Positions 29,257 to 36,359 are shown, counted from the stretch's first letter. The stretch: 64,000 bases of DNA from an uncultured Candidatus Peribacteria bacterium (GCA_964383675.1 CAYLHX010000003.1:2412-66411); one strand, 5' to 3'. Made by a program: numbers and translations. Notes: generated by a model not told the origin, from the letters alone.

Positions 29257-32200
29257 TTAAAATTCTCTCATCGGTGGAGCCTTAAACTTCTTGGGCTCCA
29301 AAACTCTGTCTATTGTACTTTGTAGTTCTATTCCGAAAATCTTGGATAATTTTTCAACATGCTGCAAATAAAGAACGGCCTGCTCATTGTTGGTTAATCT
29401 GGATCTGTGCTCTTCAAGCCAAGCTTTTTGAGCTGTAAGTATGACTGTTGAATGCTCTTCGAAGAAGCTTATCAAACTCGGATTTGTAATCGTTGTGCGC
29501 CATTCAGATATAACTTCCAATACCTCGGATCTTAGCTGTAATTCATCAAGTAAAGCTAATTTTTCCGCTTCAATCGGCAATTTAGCCGGTTCTCCCCGAA
29601 ATATTCGTTTTTCACTACCACGCCCCTTGCGCACCGGCGGTGTCAAATCAATTCCAGTGCTCCAAGTAATTGCACTTGAACTATCCAATCTCGCCAGAAT
29701 GAGATTAACTATCATCTCACTGGTCTCAAGGTCCAAATGCTTCTCTTCCAGGTACTGTTGCATTCTCTCATCTTCGGTAAAGAGTCTGGTTGAAGTTGCG
29801 ATAAGCTTTATATACTCAAAAGGGTTTTTCTTTCTATCTTTTCCAATTTGTCTGGCTCTTACCAGCTCACTTTTAGACCTGGCCAAAGTAACCCTCACTC
29901 CACTCGCCAGAGCTTCATATTTGCTTAAAGAGACATCATATCCTTCGGATTTAGCCATGTCACAAAGCCTTAGGGCCATAACTTGGTTCGCGTTTAATTC
30001 TTTGGCCGCTTTTGCCTGCGGCTCCTCTTTATCTTTTACTTTTACATATTGCAAATTTGTATGACTAGCAAAATGATGTTCAGCAAAATTATCCAGATAT
30101 GCCTGAATTCTTCCTCTATTTTTATCCAAAACATCCTTTGCCAGCCCTAAAGAGCTGATTGCCTGCAGAGTTTGAAACTCTTTAATACATCTTGTTGGAG
30201 AGTAGGTCTCATCTGTAAATAAAACCGCTTCAACCAAGGTTTTTATGTAATCCAATAGTGCCTCTTGCTTTTCCTTAGTGAGAAAAGGAGCAAGGCGCGT
30301 AAATCCGCCTATGCTGGCGGTTTGATAATTTAAGAGATATTCCCACTGACCATTGGCAATCCATTTCCTCTGCAATTCGAGTACTTTTTTAATTGTTGAT
30401 TCATCCAATTGCATGTTCATAAGATTTAACTGCAATTGAATGTCGTCTATATGCTCCTCAATAACTTCGGTGTGAGCGGGACAGCAGTCAACGCCACATA
30501 CCACACAGGATTCTTCATATGAACCGCTGTTTGCTTTCAAATCAAACTTTACATTTTTAGCTGCTGCACCGTTTCCTCCCGCCAGCTGTTGGTACATACC
30601 CCTGATTTTGCCTATCTCAAATTGGGGGACATCTACCGTAATCTTATCCAGTGTTTGTGTGGTGATATAACCCGCCGCAAACAAAACCGCTACAACTATT
30701 TCCAATGAATTAAAATGCTTATTGGCAATCGTTGGTTGAATAAATTGCTCATAAATAGCGGTTTCCAAATCAACCGGTTTTCTATTGGCTGAAAATTTTC
30801 CCTCAGGATTTAAAGCTTTGGCAATAGCGATGATTGTCCTTATGGAAAAATACGATTTCTTACCTCTAATATTTTTGGAATTGTGTAGTCGCTCAATTTC
30901 AGGGACAACGACAGTTAAAAGATGGTAAAGCTTAACCGCGTTATCCTTGGATAAGTTGCTCAATCCATCTCTGTTCGAGCTCCAAGCCCAAGCAATTTCA
31001 ACCTGCTCCTCGGTCGGTAGCATAGGCATTTCTTGAAAACGATCTGCCAGACGGCTTACCAATGCCGGCGGCAAACCTGCATTACCAAACTCCTGCCCGA
31101 TATTACCGGTAAAGAAAACTCTGAATCTATGCGGCACTCTCATCCACCTTCCTGTCATAGTGCTGAAAAACCAACCTTTCGGCTGCTTATAGTTTGCCTC
31201 TCCTTCCTCGGGAATCCAGCTTGGCATAGGGCCGGCCTCCTCATCGGTAGCAGGTATTGCCGTCAGCAAAGAGTGTAAGAAGTCAGCTTGTCTTAGATGT
31301 TGAACTTCATTAATTATTATCGGCACATTTTTTTCCAAGGCATCAAAGATCGGACCGTAAACATATGGTCCCCTTTTCTCGGCACTAACCAGAGCCAGGG
31401 CCATTTGCCTTTCTACAATTCGATCCAATCCCTGCCGCATTTTGGCAATCAGAACATCTTTGTCAGGCAATTCATTTAGATCGGTCAGTCCAATGCTGTG
31501 CATGAATTCCGCACCGGCTAAGCTTAAAATACCTTTCAAGGTATGTTCCTCCATTCCCTTCAATTGCTCTATGGTGGCAAGAGTGGCGGCTATTGGATCT
31601 GATTCCAACAGGCTCGGCTTCGCCATCAAAGTGAAGGCACTTTGGCCGGGATCAATGTCTATGGAGACGGGATCCACGCCTACAACACTTTTAATGTAGT
31701 GACTTAAAATAGCTGTCTTCCCCAATCCGGGAGCACCACCCAAAGCAACGCCAATCGCATCGGAGGTTTTTCGGCCATATACTTTTGAATGTATGCTATT
31801 TAACAAATCAAGAACTGTCGGTGTTTCCAGCACATAGGCACCATTTTGGACAGCTCTTGAATTTTCAAGGTGAGTGCGAGTCTTTATTGCAAGCCTGACC
31901 GCAGAATCTCCATAAATATCATCTCTAATCTGCACCAGCTCATCTCTTACCGGTCCTACTTGGTATGCTTCACTCAAATACTGCTCCGCTACATCAACGG
32001 CTGAACCAAAATCAAAATCGGCCTCACTACCGGCCACCGATCTCACCTCATGATAAATCTCATCGGCAATTCCGGTAACTCTCTGAATTTCACGAGTGGT
32101 AGCATCAAAATTGGCCAGAGTAGCAGGATATTGGCCAAGTTCAAGATTATTGAAGTCTATATCGGGATTTTGACAGAACTCCAAGCTCTTATCATATCCT

Positions 32201-32535
32201 CCGCTCAGATTAACGCCATATCTTCGTGCCATGCGTAGAAGATCGTCTCTCAGTTTTGTTCTTGCCAGTGCCAGTTGATCACCTTTCGGATCCCTTGTTC
32301 TATCGACCATCTTATTAAGCAGTCCCATAGCTTTAAAACCGATTATCATTTGACGAACCACGTGAGGTACGGCAATAGTTTTCAACTCTTCTTCACCGGG
32401 AGCTTGTAATGCAGCGCTAATTTCCTCGTCAAATTCTGCAAGATCTATAAATCTGGAGGGGGAGTCTGATTGTATTAATGCGTAAGCCATATTATTAAAG
32501 TTAACTGCTGATTCTGGAAAAAGCTGCTCCGTCAA
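29257..32535 (-). CDS. Giant AAA+ ATPase of the MoxR/AAA_5 type (1092 aa)
   Basis: Walker A VALGGAPGLGKTAIL, a Walker B-like VPIIINEVQH (Asn in place of Asp), sensor-1 FRVFFTGN and an AAA_5-style LPPALVSRLADRF. A Cys cluster CVVCGVDCCPAH lies after the ATPase core. The track start at 32535 is a TTG overlapping the RT gene by 35 nt. An alternative ATG at 32490 lies 10 nt after the RT stop codon. Confidence 0.75.
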   Translation of the reverse strand: MTEQLFPESAVNFNNMAYALIQSDSPSRFIDLAEFDEEISAALQAPGEEELKTIAVPHVVRQMIIGFKAMGLLNKMVDRTRDPKGDQLALARTKLRDDLLRMARRYGVNLSGGYDKSLEFCQNPDIDFNNLELGQYPATLANFDATTREIQRVTGIADEIYHEVRSVAGSEADFDFGSAVDVAEQYLSEAYQVGPVRDELVQIRDDIYGDSAVRLAIKTRTHLENSRAVQNGAYVLETPTVLDLLNSIHSKVYGRKTSDAIGVALGGAPGLGKTAILSHYIKSVVGVDPVSIDIDPGQSAFTLMAKPSLLESDPIAATLATIEQLKGMEEHTLKGILSLAGAEFMHSIGLTDLNELPDKDVLIAKMRQGLDRIVERQMALALVSAEKRGPYVYGPIFDALEKNVPIIINEVQHLRQADFLHSLLTAIPATDEEAGPMPSWIPEEGEANYKQPKGWFFSTMTGRWMRVPHRFRVFFTGNIGQEFGNAGLPPALVSRLADRFQEMPMLPTEEQVEIAWAWSSNRDGLSNLSKDNAVKLYHLLTVVVPEIERLHNSKNIRGKKSYFSIRTIIAIAKALNPEGKFSANRKPVDLETAIYEQFIQPTIANKHFNSLEIVVAVLFAAGYITTQTLDKITVDVPQFEIGKIRGMYQQLAGGNGAAAKNVKFDLKANSGSYEESCVVCGVDCCPAHTEVIEEHIDDIQLQLNLMNMQLDESTIKKVLELQRKWIANGQWEYLLNYQTASIGGFTRLAPFLTKEKQEALLDYIKTLVEAVLFTDETYSPTRCIKEFQTLQAISSLGLAKDVLDKNRGRIQAYLDNFAEHHFASHTNLQYVKVKDKEEPQAKAAKELNANQVMALRLCDMAKSEGYDVSLSKYEALASGVRVTLARSKSELVRARQIGKDRKKNPFEYIKLIATSTRLFTEDERMQQYLEEKHLDLETSEMIVNLILARLDSSSAITWSTGIDLTPPVRKGRGSEKRIFRGEPAKLPIEAEKLALLDELQLRSEVLEVISEWRTTITNPSLISFFEEHSTVILTAQKAWLEEHRSRLTNNEQAVLYLQHVEKLSKIFGIELQSTIDRVLEPKKFKAPPMREF

Positions 32536-34564
32536 AAATTACGGCACTCGCTTCTTCAGGTGATCTGTCTTCCAGTTTTTTTCTAAGTTTTCTGGGCTGC
32601 TTGGCGGCTTCTATCGCCTTACCACCATAAGTTGATAAGTCATCCAATGCCGGAAACCTCCAAAAAGATCCTCGCGCATCACGTCTGGTTTTAGGTGAGC
32701 GTCCCTCTGGAGTAAATTTATATCCATCAAGTTCAGCTTTATGCATTTGATAAGGATTAGTTAAAATTGCCCCCATTTTTTTACTGACAAATCTGCCGAA
32801 TTTTTCCTGAAAATCCTCAAAAACAGTACCGATACCCCAAGGCAGTATCAATTCATCGCTATTAAAGGCGGTGGCGTTGATTGCAGTAGTATCGTATAAA
32901 AGTTCTCTTTGCTCCTCAGATAAATCCAGCAAATTCAGATTAACGCTAAGATACCATTTTACGAATTGCAAATAATGTAAGTAGAAAGCTTTTTTTAATT
33001 CCGGATGATTAGATAAGTCATCGGGAGAGTTGATCTCAGCTTCTTCGAACTTATCTTCCAGGGCACTGGCCGCCTCTGTCAGCTCTTCTTCCACTTCTAG
33101 CAAATATGATTCCAACTCTTCCATATCCTCGACTTGAATCTCACTTTTCAGCACTGAAGGTGATATCTCAAAGATAAGATCACCCGTCTCATCATGAACT
33201 GTAAGTCTACGTTGATCCTCCATAATGACAACTTGCCATCCGGTCTTTTTTTCTAAAGCGTCAGTTAATAGCGCTCCTAAATCTTTTACCTTAGACCCCT
33301 TGTCAATTGCTGTAAAATCACTCTGAGATAAATCAAAAGAAGACTTTTGTCTTGGTGTTAGAGCATCTCCCAATTTTTTCCGCAGCGCATCCCAAAGGCG
33401 CTCCAAATCTTTTGGCAATACGGTTTTTTGCCCCTTGCGCAAGCGCTCACCGTAAGGTCTTCCCCATTTCAAAATATTGGCTATATGGGTTGTAGCGCCA
33501 TGTATTCGACGCACATGGTTTCGCAGATCCTCTTCGTCAAATTGACCATCCAGAACATATCGCATAGCTTCAGCCACTTGGTTTACATACGATGCCGTCG
33601 GGGTAAAGGACAGCGGCCCATCACCATCATTCCTTATGTGTGTTCCCAAAATTTTGATAGCGGAAGCACGGTCGGCTTCCAATGCTCTGGTTATATGTAC
33701 TTTTTTTGGATGCATCTTAAAACCGTGTTGCCCTAGCACATCAGCCATTACCGCCAGCACTCTTTCGTTAAACCCACCGCTTGCCATAACAATTAAGTCA
33801 TCAGCGTATCTGGCAGAAACTGATACTTGCTCATTTCCCAAAACAGCACGTACCCCTTGTCGTATCCCAACGTCCAATTTTACCCCCACCCCGTTGGCGA
33901 TAGCCGGACTGGTTGCAAATCCTTGTGGAAGAACTTCTCCCGGACAAACGATATCTGCAACCAAATCGGCTAGCTCCAATATCTCATCAGCTGATAATAC
34001 CGGATTTAACAGCAATACGAAACGATCACGCAAAAATTCCAGAACCTGTTCATAAGTGACATTGCCAAAATAGTTTTCAATATCCGCTTGATAGGCGGTG
34101 CCAACAACATAGCCTTCGGAACTCTTATTCTTCTTCTTTGGAATATTCCCCAATCTGCACGACACCTCATACTCGTCAATCATGCCCCTTAGCCCCTGCA
34201 TAGGGTTAAGACCTTTTCGAAAGGCCAAGGCTTCGGGTGATGTTCGGAAGGTTCCCAATATATTGCTTAATCTGCTTAAGACATAAGCGTAAGTTTCGTC
34301 TTGCGGTATCCATAATTCTCGAAATTTACCCGGAGTGGATTTCGGTTCTAATCTTGAGACGATGGACTCACCGCTGGTGACACGCATCATCATTTCTGCC
34401 AAAATTTGCGGATGTACACCGTGTGCCCCATCGGCAACGGTAAGGCGTGAAAGATTCCTGAGAGCTCTTGGGCTCGGGACCTCGATAATTCGAGGCTGCA
34501 CTCTCTCATATTGCTTCTTTTTACCGGTCTCGGGGCGTAAAAATGTAGGCAGTGAACTTTTCAT
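32501..34564 (-). CDS. Reverse transcriptase (RNA-directed DNA polymerase), unclassified, 687 aa
   Basis: RT motifs occur in the canonical order: KSTPGKFRELWIPQ (1/2), YQADIENYFGNV (3/A), LPQGFATSPAIANGV (4/B), RYADDLIVMA (5/C, YADD), HPKKVHI (6) and ILGTHI (7). About 330 aa of unassigned C-terminal sequence include an acidic coiled-coil stretch. Confidence 0.9.
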   Translation of the reverse strand: MKSSLPTFLRPETGKKKQYERVQPRIIEVPSPRALRNLSRLTVADGAHGVHPQILAEMMMRVTSGESIVSRLEPKSTPGKFRELWIPQDETYAYVLSRLSNILGTFRTSPEALAFRKGLNPMQGLRGMIDEYEVSCRLGNIPKKKNKSSEGYVVGTAYQADIENYFGNVTYEQVLEFLRDRFVLLLNPVLSADEILELADLVADIVCPGEVLPQGFATSPAIANGVGVKLDVGIRQGVRAVLGNEQVSVSARYADDLIVMASGGFNERVLAVMADVLGQHGFKMHPKKVHITRALEADRASAIKILGTHIRNDGDGPLSFTPTASYVNQVAEAMRYVLDGQFDEEDLRNHVRRIHGATTHIANILKWGRPYGERLRKGQKTVLPKDLERLWDALRKKLGDALTPRQKSSFDLSQSDFTAIDKGSKVKDLGALLTDALEKKTGWQVVIMEDQRRLTVHDETGDLIFEISPSVLKSEIQVEDMEELESYLLEVEEELTEAASALEDKFEEAEINSPDDLSNHPELKKAFYLHYLQFVKWYLSVNLNLLDLSEEQRELLYDTTAINATAFNSDELILPWGIGTVFEDFQEKFGRFVSKKMGAILTNPYQMHKAELDGYKFTPEGRSPKTRRDARGSFWRFPALDDLSTYGGKAIEAAKQPRKLRKKLEDRSPEEASAVIFDGAAFSRISS

Positions 34565-34582
34565 GATTTAGTTTTAGGAATT

Positions 34583-34823
34583 GGGGGGACTTACGTCCCC
34601 CCGCCTTTGGTACGTTGTGCGAAGGTATCTGACAGAAGGCGTCAGCCGGTCCGCGAAGCGGATCCGTCAGATACCCCAGGGGAATCCCCTCTTCAGCTAG
34701 GGGATTTCCCCTGGGCATTGCACTAACTGAGTCTCTCTCACACCTTCCAAGGAAGATGGTCAACGAGAGTACCGCCCACCTTGCGGTGGAGGCACCCGCC
34801 ATAAGACGGGACTGCTACCAAAG
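34583..34823 (-). ncRNA. RT-proximal copy of a structured ncRNA (unit plus trailing GC hairpin), forming the 5' leader of the RT gene
   Basis: - Closing helix: 34605..34612 ctttggta pairs with 34816..34823 taccaaag.
- Three-way junction stem: 34624..34633 pairs with 34666..34675.
- Long hairpin at 34676..34714.
- Small hairpin ccacc-ttgc-ggtgg.
- Terminal 8-bp GC hairpin at 34583..34602, whose loop reads GUAA on the minus strand.

The strand was assigned from flanking promoter-like elements, from G.U pairs that exist only on the minus strand, and from co-orientation with the RT gene. Confidence 0.6.
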
Positions 34824-34828
34824 ACGAT

Positions 34829-34857
34829 ATAATGAAACATAGTTGCTAAAAAGTCAA
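34829..34857 (-). promoter_or_regulatory. Candidate promoter of the proximal ncRNA / RT operon
   Basis: On the minus strand: TTGACT (34857..34852), a 17-nt spacer, then CATTAT (34834..34829). The predicted +1 is near 34822, at the first base pairs of the closing helix. Confidence 0.4.
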
Positions 34858-34881
34858 TGGTATTTCCTAAATACAAAGATA

Positions 34882-35114
34882 GGGGACCCGAGGGTCCCCA
34901 TGAACTTTGGTACGTTGTGCAAAGGCTATCGGACTGAGGCGAAGCCGCTCCCGAAGGGACTGTCCGATAGCCCATTTTGGGGGCGTCCAAAACGCACCCA
35001 AAATGGCATGACACTAACTGAGTTTCTCTCACACCACCCAATGATGATGGTCAACGAGAATACCGCCCACCCTGAGGTGGAGGCACCCGCCAAAAGACGA
35101 GACTGCTACCAAAG
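34882..35114 (-). ncRNA. RT-distal copy of the same structured ncRNA (unit plus trailing hairpin and U-rich tract)
   Basis: - Closing helix: 34905..34912 pairs with 35107..35114, with the same sequence as the proximal copy.
- Junction stem: 34924..34934 pairs with 34962..34972.
- Long hairpin at 34973..35006.
- Small hairpin ccacc-ctga-ggtgg.
- A 7-bp GC hairpin at 34882..34899 is followed on the minus strand by UAUCUUUGUAUUU.

The helices match the proximal copy in position but differ in sequence. Confidence 0.6.
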
Positions 35115-35119
35115 ACACG

Positions 35120-35148
35120 AAAATAACAGAATAGAAGGGTTTTGTCAA
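35120..35148 (-). promoter_or_regulatory. Candidate promoter of the distal ncRNA
   Basis: On the minus strand: TTGACA (35148..35143), a 17-nt spacer, then TATTTT (35125..35120). The predicted +1 is near 35113, giving the same geometry relative to the closing helix as the proximal promoter. Confidence 0.4.
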
Positions 35149-35156
35149 CAGAGGTA

Positions 35157-36359
35157 CTAAACCATCTTCTTCGACTTCATGAATCTAAAGTAGTCGATCT
35201 TCATAAGAACTATTGTGCCCACACCAATAAGGAATAACGCACCGTTTATCACCCAACCGACGAAAGGTATCATGCCTACAAGGTAATAAACCAAAAGTGC
35301 CAAGGCCATGGCTCCGAAGAGTTTGAAGCGGTTTACCTTTTTCTTAAAGTTCATAAAGTAGCTGACCGTCCAGGCTGAAACAACTATCTTTGAAATGTAA
35401 ACGAGAATCAGCAAAAGAGCGAAAGCGATCATTGCAATGGGAATACCCAGGATAGTTATCATTAAAATAATTGAACCTACCACAGCCGTAATTATCGAGA
35501 GCAGGCCAACCCCGAAAGCTTTAAACACATTCTTTTTTGTCTCGGCAGCGGCATTCAAAAGCCAGTTAGGCATGCCCATTACCATAATAAACATTAGAAT
35601 CAGAGCGGCAAAATAACTTAAAAGTTTTTGCACGAAAAATACATAAGTTACATCTTCCAAAACCGATTCCCGCTCAAACTTGTTAAATTTTATCTCACCG
35701 GCAACTACTCCTTCCGGCACCGGAGTTTCAATCAATGAAGAATATTTTAAATCACCACCAATACTGGCTTGATCTGAAATATTCATGGTGTCTTCAACGG
35801 TGAGAATGACATTTTTATCAACAGTACCATTCAAAAAGAACATCCCCACTCCGCCGCGAACCTCTTCTCTAATTTGGCCGTCAATAGTCAAAACTCCTGC
35901 GCCTACCACCAGTGTGCCGGCGACAACAGAGCTTTTTCCAATATCCACCTGGCCTCCACCAATAACCAAATCATCTCCCACATTTCCATAGATAGCCACC
36001 TGACCGCCCAAAACTCTCAAATCACCAAAAACATCTCCGGTAACGGTAACTTTTCCGGCACTAACCACCAAATCTTCGTGAACATCACCATTGATTACTA
36101 TTGATCCGCCACCAATATAAAGATCACCGAATATATCGGCCTCGATGTTGGAGTTACCGGCTAAGACATAGGCGTCATCCAGGAGATTTTGTGTGATCAG
36201 AACATTGTCGGCCACCTCCATAGTGATACCAAAAGCCGTTGGAGCAAATAAAAAAGCAGACATCGCGGTCGACAAACAGCCGACTGACAAATAACGCAAA
36301 ATTTTTGGGAAGACTCTTTTCATCAAAAATAGTATAACCCAATTGCCAATCCAAGCCAT
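35157..36359 (-). CDS. Membrane protein with bactofilin-like (polymer-forming) repeats
   Basis: Repetitive GD-rich beta-helix-like segments (GDVHEDLVVSAGKVTVTGDVFGDLRVLGGQVAIYGNVGDDLVIGGGQVDIG) are followed by four or more C-terminal TM helices. A likely signal-bearing start lies at 36323 (MKRVFPKILRYL). Confidence 0.55.
   Translation of the reverse strand: MAWIGNWVILFLMKRVFPKILRYLSVGCLSTAMSAFLFAPTAFGITMEVADNVLITQNLLDDAYVLAGNSNIEADIFGDLYIGGGSIVINGDVHEDLVVSAGKVTVTGDVFGDLRVLGGQVAIYGNVGDDLVIGGGQVDIGKSSVVAGTLVVGAGVLTIDGQIREEVRGGVGMFFLNGTVDKNVILTVEDTMNISDQASIGGDLKYSSLIETPVPEGVVAGEIKFNKFERESVLEDVTYVFFVQKLLSYFAALILMFIMVMGMPNWLLNAAAETKKNVFKAFGVGLLSIITAVVGSIILMITILGIPIAMIAFALLLILVYISKIVVSAWTVSYFMNFKKKVNRFKLFGAMALALLVYYLVGMIPFVGWVINGALFLIGVGTIVLMKIDYFRFMKSKKMV

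Noticed and set aside
29441-30064. The 207-aa + strand ORF inside the AAA+ gene, and the similar antisense ORFs at 33428..34055 inside the RT gene.
   Set aside because: They are antisense to ORFs with clear catalytic motifs. They have no motifs of their own and a Ser/Leu-rich composition.
34583-35114. The two repeats next to an RT could be the template repeat and variable repeat of a diversity-generating retroelement.
   Set aside because: - The differences between the copies are not restricted to adenine positions. They are paired compensatory changes inside helices.
- Neither copy lies in the 3' end of a plausible target gene.
- No Avd-like accessory gene is present.
- The RT is about twice the usual DGR RT size.
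34583-35114. CRISPR array or another short-repeat array.
   Set aside because: There are only two copies, with a 300-nt period. Each unit is a complex multi-helix element, not a 25-40-nt repeat with unique spacers. No cas genes are present.
34583-35114. A small self-cleaving ribozyme (hammerhead-like CUGAUGA...GAAA core) inside the units.
   Set aside because: Only partial matches exist (CUGACGG in one copy, UGAUGA in the other). They are not conserved between the copies and are not arranged around three helices.
32501-35148. Group II intron (an RT ORF inside ribozyme domains).
   Set aside because: - I could not find a domain V-like hairpin or 5' GUGYG / 3' AY boundaries.
- The RT lacks maturase X and En regions.
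- The structured RNA lies wholly upstream, in two copies, rather than flanking the ORF.
32501-35148. A canonical retron.
   Set aside because: - The RNA closure is retron-like, but the RT lacks the NAxxH and VTG signatures.
- The ncRNA is duplicated.
- The AAA_5 plus zincin-vWA effector pair is not among the retron accessory types I know.
- I report it as retron-like only.
27310-35148. Calling the RT island a mobile element.
   Set aside because: No integrase, transposase, terminal inverted repeats or target-site duplication could be seen. Only its accessory character is inferred.
34521-35160. Track ORFs 34521..34802 (-), 34760..35041 (-) and 34843..35160 (+) as protein-coding genes.
   Set aside because: They run through the GC-rich repeated RNA helices and give Pro/Gly/Arg-rich nonsense. 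The two repeat copies do not preserve any reading frame.
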